A program made the position numbers and the translations under genes. From contig OZ244717.1 of assembly GCA_965218975.1 (NCBI GenBank), positions 1,472,001-1,536,000 of the forward strand: 64,000 nt of DNA, given 5' to 3'. Below the pieces are notes generated by a model, which saw only the letters and a list, made by a program, of their open reading frames with translations, made no database searches and was not told where the DNA came from. This DNA comes from Candidatus Oxydemutatoraceae bacterium (lineage in GTDB: Bacteria; Pseudomonadota; Gammaproteobacteria; Poriferisulfidales; Oxydemutatoraceae). Below, piece by piece: positions 12,967-23,452 of this stretch (its first letter is position 1; every line of letters begins with the position of its first letter).

Positions 12967-15261
12967 GTGCCCAGAATTAAGCCTAAGATATCAAGTTCAA
13001 GCAATGAAATCAGCGGCTTGAGAAAAAAACTCATTAGCCGAATTCACCGGGCGACTGCCACCTTCTTAATTGCAATTGGCGCATATTTTCTAATCGCATT
13101 ATTGAGTTTTCATCCACATGATCCTTCTTGGGCAAACAACTACAATTTTGGCGCTATTCGCAACTTAGGGGGGCATGCCGGGGCATGGTTCGCTTACACA
13201 TTAAATTTTATCTTTGGCTATGCATCATTTTGGCTTGCAATCATGGTATTTTTTGGCGCTTATTTATTTTTCCGACCGAATGAGAAATCTGCTTTGGCCA
13301 CGCATTTGACACGTTGGCTCGGTCATGGATTGATGTTAATAGCTTTATGCGGTCTGTTAACGATTCACTTCAGCGGCACTGGGATGCCAGCTTCTGCTGG
13401 CGGCTGGCTTGGTGAAATGAGTACGCGCGGATTTGTAAATGTATTTGGTCTACTCGGTGCCAGCTTATTATTAATTGCTTTATTTTTTAGTAGCATCCAA
13501 TTATTAACTAATGTTTCGTGGCTGCGAATTATGGATATTGTCGGAGGAGCTGTGTTATGGACCGGGTACCGGATGAGAGGAACAGTCTCGCAGTGGCGTG
13601 AATCAAGGATGGGTAAGAAAAAGCTGACTCAACGGCGTAATTCAATCAATAAAGAGAAAGGGCGATTTCGTGTCGGTAAAAAACCATCTCCACGAATTGA
13701 ACCTTCGGTTGCCCAACCAAAACCGAGCCAACGTGCGACGAAAGAAAAACAAATAGCATTATTCGATGATAATTGCCAGGTACCGCCGCTTAATATCTTG
13801 GATCAACCGACCGCCGGAGAAGAGCAACGTTTTTCAAACCAGAGTTTCGATAACATGGCAAAACAGCTTGAAATCAAGCTGGCAGACTTTGGAATTGAAG
13901 CAGAAGTGGTTAAAGTCCAGACTGGTCCGATTATAACCTTATTTGAACTATCCCCGGCGCCCGGCACCAAAGCAAGCCGTATTACCAGCCTTGAAAAAGA
14001 TTTAGCCCGCGCCCTATCGGTTCCGGCAGTACGAGTGATTGAAGTGATCCCAGGTAAATCGGTAATCGGTTTAGAAATTCCAAACGAAATCAGACAGACC
14101 GTTTTTTTGAGCGAAATACTTAATTCGGAAGCTTATGATAAAGCGCGGTCCCCTTTGACGCTTGCATTAGGTAAAGACACAACAGGCAAAACTGTCTTAG
14201 TCAGCCTTCAGAAGTTGCCGCATTTGCTTGTTGCAGGAACGACCGGCGCCGGGAAATCAGTTGCGATTCATGCGATGTTAATGAGCTTATTATTCAAATC
14301 GCCGCCAGAGCAAGTTCGATTGATTTTAATAGATCCTAAAATGCTTGAGTTAAGTGTGTACGATAACATTCCTCATCTGCTGACACCAGTCATCACTGAC
14401 GTCAAGCTTGCCACCTATGCCTTACGTTGGGTAGTTGCCGAAATGGAACGACGCTATAAATTAATGTCGCGCTTAAGTGTGCGTAATTTAGAAACTTATA
14501 ATCGCATGATTCTTGAGGCAAAAAAATTGAAAGATCCGATCCGTGACCCGCTTGCTGAAACTGATGAAGGCGAAGAAGCGCCGGTTTTGGACATCTTGCC
14601 GTATTTGGTCGTTGTGGTGGATGAGTTTGCCGACATGATTATAGTCATCGGCAAAAAGATTGAAGAGCTCATTGCGCGACTTGCACAAAAAGCCCGCGCT
14701 GCGGGGATTCATCTGCTTATCGCGACACAACGTCCGTCGGTAGATGTAATCACCGGATTAATTAAAGCAAATATTCCGTCGCGAATCGCATTCCAAGTTT
14801 CATCTATGGTTGATTCGCGAACGATTTTGGATCAAAAAGGTGCAGAGCAACTATTAGGGCAAGGAGATATGCTATACCTTGCACCGGGGGCGGCAACGCC
14901 TGATCGGATTCACGGTGCATTCGTTTCGGATCATGAAGTGAAAAGAGTTGTTCAATTTTTGAAGCGGCAAGGGGAAACACACTACCTTAACGAATTAAAG
15001 CAGGTGGAGGGAAACGATGCAACTTGGGGAAGAGATGCAATTTCGCCGTTTGACGATGATGATTCCGATGAACTTTATATGCAAGCGGTTACGATTGTGC
15101 GTGACTCCGGGAAAGTTTCCATTTCCTTTTTACAACGCCGTTTACGAGTCGGTTATAATCGAGCGGCACGTATTGTTGAGCAAATGGAGAAGGCAGGAAT
15201 TGTCAGTGCGGTACAACCGAACGGTAGCCGTGAAGTGATTGTCGGATCAAAGCCTCAATAA
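12967..15261 (+). CDS. ftsK: DNA translocase FtsK
   Basis: N-terminal TM domain, AGTTGAGKS, DEFAD, ATQRPS, gamma domain GYNRAAR. Confidence 0.97.
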   Translation: MPRIKPKISSSSNEISGLRKKLISRIHRATATFLIAIGAYFLIALLSFHPHDPSWANNYNFGAIRNLGGHAGAWFAYTLNFIFGYASFWLAIMVFFGAYLFFRPNEKSALATHLTRWLGHGLMLIALCGLLTIHFSGTGMPASAGGWLGEMSTRGFVNVFGLLGASLLLIALFFSSIQLLTNVSWLRIMDIVGGAVLWTGYRMRGTVSQWRESRMGKKKLTQRRNSINKEKGRFRVGKKPSPRIEPSVAQPKPSQRATKEKQIALFDDNCQVPPLNILDQPTAGEEQRFSNQSFDNMAKQLEIKLADFGIEAEVVKVQTGPIITLFELSPAPGTKASRITSLEKDLARALSVPAVRVIEVIPGKSVIGLEIPNEIRQTVFLSEILNSEAYDKARSPLTLALGKDTTGKTVLVSLQKLPHLLVAGTTGAGKSVAIHAMLMSLLFKSPPEQVRLILIDPKMLELSVYDNIPHLLTPVITDVKLATYALRWVVAEMERRYKLMSRLSVRNLETYNRMILEAKKLKDPIRDPLAETDEGEEAPVLDILPYLVVVVDEFADMIIVIGKKIEELIARLAQKARAAGIHLLIATQRPSVDVITGLIKANIPSRIAFQVSSMVDSRTILDQKGAEQLLGQGDMLYLAPGAATPDRIHGAFVSDHEVKRVVQFLKRQGETHYLNELKQVEGNDATWGRDAISPFDDDDSDELYMQAVTIVRDSGKVSISFLQRRLRVGYNRAARIVEQMEKAGIVSAVQPNGSREVIVGSKPQ

Positions 15262-15303
15262 AAATATTTTTAATCTAATATATTAGACTGTCCAGGTTTT
15301 ATA

Positions 15304-15948
15304 TTGAAATATAAAGTTTATTTTTATATATACTTGTTTGGCGCTATGCTGGTTGCCTCAAGTGCAGAGGTTTTAGCTGCAGAAAATATCCTGACGCGGT
15401 TAAATGGATTTTTGCAGACTGAAACTTTTAAGGCAACGTTCACTCAGCAAGTTTATGATGAGAGAAAAAGCTTGATTGGCGACTCAATCGGTACAGTTAT
15501 CATACAACGACCAAGGAAATTTCGATGGGAGTACTTACAACCCAGCCGTCAATTAATTATTTCGGACGGCACCAATCTAATTAATTATGATCCTGAATTA
15601 GAACAAGCAGTTATTCAGCCGTTAATAGTCAGCCTGGGGTATACGCCGATCATGCTTCTTTCAGGCGAAGCCTTGTCTCAAGACAATTTTGAAATCAATA
15701 TGGAAGGACATCATGATGGATTGGATTGGATTAGCTTGGTTCCGAAAGTAAAGGATACGGAATTCACTCGAATTGAGTTGGGCTTGGACCAAACGACATT
15801 GATGAGAATGCGAATGTACGATCATTTTCAGCAACTAACACTGATCCGTTTTTTACGCTCACAGTTTGACGTTGACATCGAAACCGGCGCTTTTAGAGTT
15901 TATTTGCCACCCGGTACTGATATGATAGGTGAGTATACGATACCTTGA
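15304..15948 (+). CDS. lolA: Outer-membrane lipoprotein chaperone LolA
   Basis: Signal peptide, ATFTQ, QRPRKFRWEY, ISDG; follows ftsK. Confidence 0.9.
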   Translation: MKYKVYFYIYLFGAMLVASSAEVLAAENILTRLNGFLQTETFKATFTQQVYDERKSLIGDSIGTVIIQRPRKFRWEYLQPSRQLIISDGTNLINYDPELEQAVIQPLIVSLGYTPIMLLSGEALSQDNFEINMEGHHDGLDWISLVPKVKDTEFTRIELGLDQTTLMRMRMYDHFQQLTLIRFLRSQFDVDIETGAFRVYLPPGTDMIGEYTIP

Positions 15949-15990
15949 ATAACGGATTTAGATACAAACATAATAAGATGAGCCATATTA

Positions 15991-16287
15991 ATGTCAGACG
16001 AGCTTAAACTTTCTCAACGGCTGATTTCGGACATTTTCCAATGCCTAAATCAGCACGATTCACGCTGCCAAAATGAGTTAATCGCTTGCCAATACTTAGC
16101 GGCAATGGTCGGTCATCTTGTTGCACGACAGCGTATGGCCGACAGGCAGAAGGAAGAAATTATTGAAGAGTTATTGGCATTTATTAGACATGTCGTGCGC
16201 GAGAGCATTGTACAACCGCAACCGACACAAGTACCAGCCGCGGACCCGGAGCAGGCATTCGGTATTTGGAAACCAAACGATAATTAG
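15991..16287 (+). CDS. Hypothetical protein (98 aa)
   Basis: ATG-started ORF in the lolA run with protein-like composition and a C-terminal AFGIWKP. Confidence 0.75.
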   Translation: MSDELKLSQRLISDIFQCLNQHDSRCQNELIACQYLAAMVGHLVARQRMADRQKEEIIEELLAFIRHVVRESIVQPQPTQVPAADPEQAFGIWKPNDN

Positions 16288-16312
16288 ATTGTAACTTTGT
16301 AGCTTGGGCTGA

Positions 16313-16483
16313 TCAGATTGTCGGCATGATTCCGCTCATTGCCGCGATGAGCAGGCCTGTAAGTAGAAGCGCTAGCGCGATTAAGAAAACTGAGAATCCC
16401 GGTGCGTGAGCGCGCATCACGTAACCTGCAAGCACAAGCAATAAAATAGCAGCAAGTAAAATAGTAAGTCCCCGTCCTATCAT
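16313..16483 (-). CDS. Small two-TM membrane protein (56 aa), not in the ORF track
   Basis: MIGRGLTILLAAILLLVLAGYVMRAHAPGFSVFLIALALLLTGLLIAAMSGIMPTI; its ATG overlaps the ygfZ stop (ATGA) and it fills the gap to the convergent gene. Confidence 0.7.
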   Translation of the reverse strand: MIGRGLTILLAAILLLVLAGYVMRAHAPGFSVFLIALALLLTGLLIAAMSGIMPTI

Positions 16484-17517
16484 GATGAATCAGAGCCATT
16501 TTTTTGCGCATCATAACTATGTGCCGGTACTGAATAGGGCAAAGGAAGTAAGTGCATTTCAGTGCCACTACTATGGTGCAAATAAACCCCTGATTCGCTT
16601 CCTTGAGTGCGCAATACTGCTAGTCCGAGTAAAGATCCTTTCAGCAAACAAAAATCTAATACGCTACCGCTGGGTTGATCGATACTGTATGCCGGTGCAA
16701 AAATCGGTGCGCCTATTTTTATAGGCTTATCAAGTGGCTGATTTATTTTAAAAGCAAACATGCGACGCTTTAGTTTCCCTAAGTAATGCGTTCGTGCAAT
16801 AATCTCTTGCCCCGGATAGCATCCTTTTGAAAAACTGATGCCGTTGAGCACATCTAAATTTAGCATCTGCGGAACAAATTGCTCAATTGTTTCCGGGTAA
16901 AGAATCGGTAGCCCGGCGAGAATATTAAGTAGCTTCCAGCCATCAGCTGCGACCGAAGCAACTTGCGGTTCCAAAACGTTTCCGATGGCCGCAAGCTGTT
17001 CCCCCGGTCCATAAATTTCATAGCACTCGGTGGCGCCGGGTAACCGAATGATGCTGCATTGCCGACATGAATCATTTTGAGATGATAATAAGCCAAACGA
17101 TTCCAACAAACGCTTGGCGTGCTTTCCGGCAATGCCGATACCTTTATAATCTGACACAGTAATTGTAACTTTTGCGCGTAAAACAAACATCCGCAAACGC
17201 CGGACCTGATCTTCTCGTAAAGAAGCGGTCGTACGTAAAAAATAGGTTTCGTTTTGCTTAAAAATAAGAAAACAACCATCGGCACGGCCTCGTGCATTAC
17301 AATGAGCGCTGAAATGCGCATTTCCCTCAGATATTCCTCGAATATCGCTGCTTAAGTTATTGTTAAGAAAATCAAAGGCATCTTTACCTTCCAGCGATAT
17401 TAGAGAAAAGTGCGTCATGGGACAAAACCAAGTCGCCGCTGGGGGTATAGTGTGCCCAACGACCGCATCTTCGATTTTTAATAACGGGTATTTATCAAAA
17501 AGTGTGGGCGAAGCCAT
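16480..17517 (-). CDS. ygfZ: Folate-binding Fe-S/tRNA-modification protein YgfZ
   Basis: KGCYPGQE signature, FVPQMLNL. Confidence 0.93.
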   Translation of the reverse strand: MASPTLFDKYPLLKIEDAVVGHTIPPAATWFCPMTHFSLISLEGKDAFDFLNNNLSSDIRGISEGNAHFSAHCNARGRADGCFLIFKQNETYFLRTTASLREDQVRRLRMFVLRAKVTITVSDYKGIGIAGKHAKRLLESFGLLSSQNDSCRQCSIIRLPGATECYEIYGPGEQLAAIGNVLEPQVASVAADGWKLLNILAGLPILYPETIEQFVPQMLNLDVLNGISFSKGCYPGQEIIARTHYLGKLKRRMFAFKINQPLDKPIKIGAPIFAPAYSIDQPSGSVLDFCLLKGSLLGLAVLRTQGSESGVYLHHSSGTEMHLLPLPYSVPAHSYDAQKNGSDSS

Positions 17518-17737
17518 TATATTTCTCTTCTAACTGCCGATTTATTTATTATAGAATAAACAGATTTCCTAACGGGTTTTATTAATGGGTAGCGGTCCAT
17601 AAAAAGTTTTATAGTCCGTTTCTGTTTGGACTTCGGATATATTATTTAGGTTTCCTATGAAGGATTCTGTGCTATGCTTGCATCCATATAAAATTCCAGA
17701 GCCGAGTTTTAATGTTTGAAACTTAAATTAATAATTA

Positions 17738-18148
17738 ATGACGTTTGAATCTCGTATGCAACCGCCGAAGCCTTTGTCGCCCCATTTGCAAATTTACCGA
17801 CTGCCGTTGACTGCTGTTTTGTCGATTTTACATCGTATTACCGGGGTATTCCTTGCTTGGGGTCTGGTGGTTTTAACCATTTGGTTAGTGAGCGCGGCGG
17901 TAGACCGTGATTTTTATGAGCGAATAACAGTTATTTTTAGCGGCTGGGCCGGGCAAGTTCTTTTGCTTTGTAGTATCAGCGCTCTGTATCTTCATTTGGC
18001 TAACGGAATTCGTCATTTATTTTGGGATGCAGGTTATGGATTCGAACTTAAGACGGTGGATTGGTCGGCGGTATTGGCGATTGTATTCACATTGCTTGCG
18101 ACGATAGCAAGCTGGTTATTAATTTTGCAGACGCGGGGCTTACTTTGA
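17738..18148 (+). CDS. sdhC: Succinate dehydrogenase cytochrome b556 subunit
   Basis: PLSPHLQIY, SILHRITG, HLANGIRHLFWD. Confidence 0.95.
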   Translation: MTFESRMQPPKPLSPHLQIYRLPLTAVLSILHRITGVFLAWGLVVLTIWLVSAAVDRDFYERITVIFSGWAGQVLLLCSISALYLHLANGIRHLFWDAGYGFELKTVDWSAVLAIVFTLLATIASWLLILQTRGLL

Positions 18149-18519
18149 ACTTGTCAACCTCGACCATGCGTACCCGTGACCTCGGTTCGGCAAAAGAGGG
18201 TGTTAAGCGCTGGTGGAAACAACGCATCAGTTCGGTTGCGGTGGCGCCGTTGGCTTTGTGGTTAGTCTTTTCTTTGGCGCAATTACCGGATTTTTCTTAT
18301 TTTATGGTGCAAAAATGGTTTGCTATACCCCTCAATACCTTTCTAATGCTTGCTTTTATCATCATAGCGTACTATCACATGGCTTTGGGTTTACGTGTAA
18401 TTATGGAAGACTATATTCATTTATTATGGCTGAAAGTTGTCAGCATTGTAGCGATGGAGCTTATTACTTTTATCTTGGTTTTAATTAGCGCTGTGGCAGT
18501 TATGAAATTGTTTTTTTAA
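18145..18519 (+). CDS. sdhD: Succinate dehydrogenase membrane anchor
   Basis: LGSAKEG..WW.QR, H...GLRVIMEDY; TTG 18145 overlapping the sdhC stop is the likely start. Confidence 0.92.
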   Translation: MNLSTSTMRTRDLGSAKEGVKRWWKQRISSVAVAPLALWLVFSLAQLPDFSYFMVQKWFAIPLNTFLMLAFIIIAYYHMALGLRVIMEDYIHLLWLKVVSIVAMELITFILVLISAVAVMKLFF

Positions 18520-18533
18520 CAAAGCGGGTCCGG

Positions 18534-20324
18534 ATGAATACTGCTTACAAAATAATTGAACATCATTATGACGTCGTAGTCATCGGTGCTGGTGGTTCGG
18601 GTCTGCGTGCTACTTTAGGAATCGCTGAAAGCGGATTATCCACAGCTTGTATTACAAAAGTATTTCCGACGCGTAGTCACACTGTAGCAGCACAGGGAGG
18701 GATTAGTGCTGCACTCGGAAATATGAGCGAAGACGATTGGCGATGGCATATGTACGATACAGTCAAAGGTTCCGACTGGCTTGGCGATCAAGATGCAATT
18801 GAATACATGTGTAAAGAAGCACCCAAGTCGGTGATTGAGTTGGAGCATTACGGCGTTCCTTTTTCGCGCACTAAAGACGGACGTATTTATCAACGCCCCT
18901 TCGGCGGTATGACGACGCATAACGGGAAAGGAATTGCACAACGAACTTGTGCAGCGGCAGACCGTACCGGACACGCAATCTTACATGCGTTGTATCAACA
19001 GTCATTGAAGCATCATGCCGAATTTTATATCGAATATTTCGCTATTGATCTAATTATGAGCGACGATGGACGATGCTTAGGAGCATTGGCATGGGAACTT
19101 GCAACCGGTGACCTTCATCTATTCCATGCTCATATTACGTTGCTTGCGACTGGCGGTTATGGAAGAGTATATTTTTCTTGCACCTCAGCGCATACTTGTA
19201 CTGGCGATGGTAATGCGATGGCAGCGCGTGCTGGGCTCCCACTACAAGATATGGAGTTTGTTCAATTTCACCCGACCGGCATTTATGGTGTCGGTTGTTT
19301 AATCACCGAAGGAGCACGCGGTGAAGGTGGTTATCTGACAAATAGTATAGGTGAACGATTTATGGGACGTTACGCACCGAATGCGAAAGACCTTGCATCA
19401 CGCGATATTGTTAGCCGATCTATGACAATAGAAATTAATGAAGGACGCGGCTTAGGGGAAGAAAAAGATCACATTCATCTACACCTTGAACATTTAAAAA
19501 AAGACGTGATTCAAGAACGTTTGCCGGGAATTGCCGAATCAGCACGTATTTTTGCCGGCATTGATATCACTCGCGAACCCATTCCGGTACTACCGACAGT
19601 GCACTACAATATGGGTGGCATGCCAACCAATTTCTACGGGGAAGTGGTAGACATACGCGACGAAGAGCCGGACACAGTCGTTCCGGGATTGATGGCAATT
19701 GGTGAAGCAGCGTGTGTTTCCGTGCACGGTGCGAATCGGCTGGGATCAAATTCACTGCTGGATTTAATCGTGTTCGGTCGTGCTGCAACAAAACGAGCGG
19801 TTGAAATTATTTGCCCGAAGCAACTACATCCACCGATTGAGCGAGAAAAAGCTGATCGGGTCCTGGCTCGCCTGAACACGCTGCGATATGCCAAAGGTGG
19901 ACTGAGTGTTGCCGCTCTTCGCTTAGAAATGCAAAAAATTATGCAGAAACACGCTGCAGTATTTCGTACCGGCGAAAGCTTGAGAGAAGGACGGAAAAAA
20001 ATTATCGAAGCATGGAAAAAATTTCCCGATATTCTGATTAACGATCGTTCAATGATATGGAATAGTGATCTTGCAGAGGCGCTGGAACTTTCAAATTTAA
20101 TTCCGCAAGCAATTGCCACAATTACAACAGCGATCAATCGCCAAGAGAGCCGTGGCGCACATGCGCGCGATGATTATCCTAACCGTGACGATGTAAATTG
20201 GATGCGGCATTCGTTGGTCTATGTCGACGACCACGGTGCTACCAGAACTAGCTATCGCCCGGTGCATATGAACACGTTGACATCAGAGGTTGCAACTATT
20301 CCTCCTCAAACGAGAGTTTATTAA
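18534..20324 (+). CDS. sdhA: Succinate dehydrogenase flavoprotein
   Basis: [16 protein letters not shown] (FAD-binding His), HYNMGG, HGANRLG. Confidence 0.97.
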   Translation: MNTAYKIIEHHYDVVVIGAGGSGLRATLGIAESGLSTACITKVFPTRSHTVAAQGGISAALGNMSEDDWRWHMYDTVKGSDWLGDQDAIEYMCKEAPKSVIELEHYGVPFSRTKDGRIYQRPFGGMTTHNGKGIAQRTCAAADRTGHAILHALYQQSLKHHAEFYIEYFAIDLIMSDDGRCLGALAWELATGDLHLFHAHITLLATGGYGRVYFSCTSAHTCTGDGNAMAARAGLPLQDMEFVQFHPTGIYGVGCLITEGARGEGGYLTNSIGERFMGRYAPNAKDLASRDIVSRSMTIEINEGRGLGEEKDHIHLHLEHLKKDVIQERLPGIAESARIFAGIDITREPIPVLPTVHYNMGGMPTNFYGEVVDIRDEEPDTVVPGLMAIGEAACVSVHGANRLGSNSLLDLIVFGRAATKRAVEIICPKQLHPPIEREKADRVLARLNTLRYAKGGLSVAALRLEMQKIMQKHAAVFRTGESLREGRKKIIEAWKKFPDILINDRSMIWNSDLAEALELSNLIPQAIATITTAINRQESRGAHARDDYPNRDDVNWMRHSLVYVDDHGATRTSYRPVHMNTLTSEVATIPPQTRVY

Positions 20325-20356
20325 TTCTATAATTATACTCCGCATAGGTGCATTTA

Positions 20357-21136
20357 ATGGCTGAATTTAGATTACCGGCAAACTCGATTGTTAAAACCGG
20401 CAAGACTTACAAGACAAATGGCGCGAAAAATGTGCGCCGGTTTATCGTATATCGTTATGACCCCGATTTAAATGAAAATCCGCGAACTGACACTTATGAA
20501 ATTGATTCGGATGAATGCGGGGCGATGGTATTAGATGGTTTAATTAAAATAAAAAATGAAATTGATTCGACATTAACCTTTCGTCGTTCCTGCCGAGAAG
20601 GAATTTGTGGTTCATGTTCAATGAATATTAACGGAACGAATACACTTGCTTGTGTTCGTCCGATAGTGGAATACAAAGGAGATATCAAAGTCTATCCGTT
20701 GCCACATATGCCTGTCATTAAAGATTTGGTTCCGGATTTAAGTCATTTCTACAAGCAATATGCGTCGATTAAGCCGTGGATACAAGTATCGACGACAACC
20801 TCTCCTAATAGCGAACGTTTACAATCAAAAGAAGACCGCGCCCAACTGGAAGGGTTGGAGGAATGCATACTATGCGCTTGCTGCTCAACGAGTTGCCCTA
20901 GTTATTGGTGGAACGGTAATCGTTATCTGGGGCCTGCGGTACTGTTACAAGCATACCGTTGGATTGTTGACAGCCGCGATGAAGCAACCGGCGAACGGCT
21001 GGATAATCTGGAAGATCCGTTTAAGCTATTTCGTTGTCATACCATTATGAATTGCACTAAAACTTGCCCAAAAGGTTTAAATCCGGCAAAAGCCATCGCG
21101 CAAATCAAAAAATTGTTGGTTGCTAGGCAGATGTAA
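20357..21136 (+). CDS. sdhB: Succinate dehydrogenase Fe-S subunit
   Basis: [33 protein letters not shown]. Confidence 0.97.
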   Translation: MAEFRLPANSIVKTGKTYKTNGAKNVRRFIVYRYDPDLNENPRTDTYEIDSDECGAMVLDGLIKIKNEIDSTLTFRRSCREGICGSCSMNINGTNTLACVRPIVEYKGDIKVYPLPHMPVIKDLVPDLSHFYKQYASIKPWIQVSTTTSPNSERLQSKEDRAQLEGLEECILCACCSTSCPSYWWNGNRYLGPAVLLQAYRWIVDSRDEATGERLDNLEDPFKLFRCHTIMNCTKTCPKGLNPAKAIAQIKKLLVARQM

Positions 21137-21177
21137 ATTTGTGAAGAATATATCCTGTAAGATGTTAGACTATCTGC

Positions 21178-21441
21178 ATGAATGAGTATGCAACAAGAAA
21201 GAGGTTAGCTTGGCAATGTCGCCGGGGCACACGCGAACTTGATCGAATGATGTTGTGCTTTTTAGAAAACCATTACTGCCAAGCAAGTACCGAGTGTCAA
21301 ACCGCATTTGTCAATCTGCTTGCGTTACCTGACCCTGACTTACACGATATTTTGACTGGTATTCAAATCGTTGACAATCCTGAGATTACGCAAATCAGGC
21401 AGGCTATTTGCAAGAATGTTTCGGTAACTTGTAAAGACTGA
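21178..21441 (+). CDS. sdhE: SDH flavinylation factor SdhE
   Basis: W.CRRGTRELD motif, LL..PDPDL. Confidence 0.93.
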   Translation: MNEYATRKRLAWQCRRGTRELDRMMLCFLENHYCQASTECQTAFVNLLALPDPDLHDILTGIQIVDNPEITQIRQAICKNVSVTCKD

Positions 21442-21448
21442 GGTTTTT

Positions 21449-21994
21449 ATGACAATTCTATTGTATCCTTCAAATGATTTAAGCATTATGACCCGGCTAA
21501 TAACATTGGTGACTTGCTTGATTCTGATCGCATTCGGATGCATATTTGCTTCGACAGCATTTTCTGCCGCGCATTTCCTACCAAAATCGTACATTTTCTT
21601 ATCGGGCTTAATTGCAATTTTTGTATTTTGTGCCATTGCTAGCCGAAGGAGCCGGGCAATCACCCGTCATTCAGCAGATGAAAATTTATCGGATAATATT
21701 AGCCGTTTGATTTTTAGCCGTGACAACCGCTTAAAAAGTGTTTGGATTGGAAACAAAGTGTGCTCGGTTGCTGCTTATACCTGCTACAAACTGTTTCGCA
21801 ACTATCTGGAATTGCATTTAATTATCCATGTTCCGGACACGAATAATGTCCCAGCTCACTGCTCACACCAGAAAAACTGCGTAGTTAATTTATATATTGA
21901 CGAAAGCAGAATTACAAGCGATGATTTATGCCGTCTACGGCGCGCTTTTTTGCTAGTGCCTAAGCTTGAGAATACATTAAGCATAAGAAAATAA
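21449..21994 (+). CDS. Divergent YgfX/CptA-like membrane protein
   Basis: Directly after sdhE; two N-terminal TM helices; C-terminal D...DDLCRLRR resembles the YgfX tail. Confidence 0.55.
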   Translation: MTILLYPSNDLSIMTRLITLVTCLILIAFGCIFASTAFSAAHFLPKSYIFLSGLIAIFVFCAIASRRSRAITRHSADENLSDNISRLIFSRDNRLKSVWIGNKVCSVAAYTCYKLFRNYLELHLIIHVPDTNNVPAHCSHQKNCVVNLYIDESRITSDDLCRLRRAFLLVPKLENTLSIRK

Positions 21995-22007
21995 TAATAA
22001 CAACAAT

Positions 22008-22529
22008 ATGGGAACAATATATTTTCAACAAAGAAGCATCACTCCAATTTACGATCCGATATCGTTTGCCGAACTGATGCAGTTATATGCAAAAAATTAT
22101 CGCTTAATGCGGCAATTGTCGGATGAATTGATTGCCAAAAAATCTAAAAATAGCCAAGTGTTTACATGGCTATCCGAGCGGTATGGTTACCGCCTGAAAA
22201 TCTGCAGATCGGGTGCTGATAGGTGGACGAGCACTTGGGTAATTTCGTACTATCTGGTGGAACAGCAAAATCTGCAGCCTGTCGCCACGTTGATTGACGT
22301 TTGTGTACTAATTTACCATGATTCTAAACAAGCGGCAATTGCTCATCCCGCTTTAGTAATTTCAAACTATCTTGAGGGAGAAAATATACTCAACGATTTG
22401 GTAATAAAGTGGCATGCAAACTATTTTTTATTCAATGTTTTATTGTTGTTTTGCCGTTATAAAGACCAGCAGAGGAAACGGTCGTTATATAATAGGCGCT
22501 TAACCGCTAAAAAATGGAGGTCGGTATGA
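22008..22529 (+). CDS. DUF1249 (YqiB-like) protein
   Basis: LMQLYAKNY, IYHDSKQA and KWHANYFL match the DUF1249 pattern. Confidence 0.7.
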   Translation: MGTIYFQQRSITPIYDPISFAELMQLYAKNYRLMRQLSDELIAKKSKNSQVFTWLSERYGYRLKICRSGADRWTSTWVISYYLVEQQNLQPVATLIDVCVLIYHDSKQAAIAHPALVISNYLEGENILNDLVIKWHANYFLFNVLLLFCRYKDQQRKRSLYNRRLTAKKWRSV

Positions 22530-23389
22530 AAGTTACTGTCAACGTCAACAATCTTGATATCAATATTAATATTGAGCAAATTGGAGAAGGAAATACATCT
22601 TTACTGATGGTGCATGGAATACCTACAAATGCAAGATTATGGCGCCATATACAAAATTTACTTCAAGACCGCTACACAACTTATGCGATGGATATGGTTG
22701 GGTATGGCCAATCAGATATGCCATTGGATGCTTTTGAGCATACATTGACCAACCAAGCCGAAGTAATACGTGCAGTTATTGAGCAACTGGGATTAAAAGG
22801 CGAAGTAGTCTTGGTTGGGCATGATCATGGTGGCGGCGCAGCGCAAATTATGGCATCAAAATATTGTTCCGATATCAGCCGCTTAGTTTTAATCAATCCG
22901 GTCAGTTTCGATTATTGGCCAGTATTGGAAGTTGAAGCATTTCACCCCTTGGTAGGCGCCTCAGATGAGGTGCTTGCAAGTGCGATGCAACAGGCGGCCG
23001 CGGGATTCGCTGGTCTGATGCGTACCGGTAGTTACGATAAAATTGCTTTTACTGACAAAAACGTTAAGGAAAATTATCTTCGATTCTGGGCGCGTGGCGG
23101 TGAAGAATTAATAGGATTTAAATCCTTAGTTAAAGTTTGTTCGCAACCTAGCAATACGGAAACGTTGGCAATCAACTACTCAGGAATTACTTGTCCGACT
23201 CTGATTTGTTGGGCATTACACGACGCTTGGATGCCAAAAGAAGCAGCATCGCAAATCAAGGAGAAAATAACAGGACCGGTAAGGCTTCAACATATTGAGC
23301 GTGCGGGCCATTACGTGCCGGAAGACCGTCCCGATCAAATTGCTTGGTATCTGGATGATTTTATCACTGAGTGGTCAGGCGTTAAATAA
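22526..23389 (+). CDS. Alpha/beta hydrolase (dehalogenase/epoxide-hydrolase-like)
   Basis: HGIP, DMVGYGQS, GHDHGG (Asp nucleophile), AGHYVPED; GGAGG SD and ATGA overlap at 22526. Confidence 0.88.
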   Translation: MKVTVNVNNLDININIEQIGEGNTSLLMVHGIPTNARLWRHIQNLLQDRYTTYAMDMVGYGQSDMPLDAFEHTLTNQAEVIRAVIEQLGLKGEVVLVGHDHGGGAAQIMASKYCSDISRLVLINPVSFDYWPVLEVEAFHPLVGASDEVLASAMQQAAAGFAGLMRTGSYDKIAFTDKNVKENYLRFWARGGEELIGFKSLVKVCSQPSNTETLAINYSGITCPTLICWALHDAWMPKEAASQIKEKITGPVRLQHIERAGHYVPEDRPDQIAWYLDDFITEWSGVK

Positions 23390-23452
23390 ATTAACTACTT
23401 GTTGTATTCAAAGTGAGACATTCGTCCATAGAAATTATGGATGATTAAGTTT

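Noticed and set aside
16284-16568. 94-aa minus-strand ORF
   Set aside because: It overlaps ygfZ out of frame; the 16313-16483 frame gives a far more protein-like, translationally coupled product.
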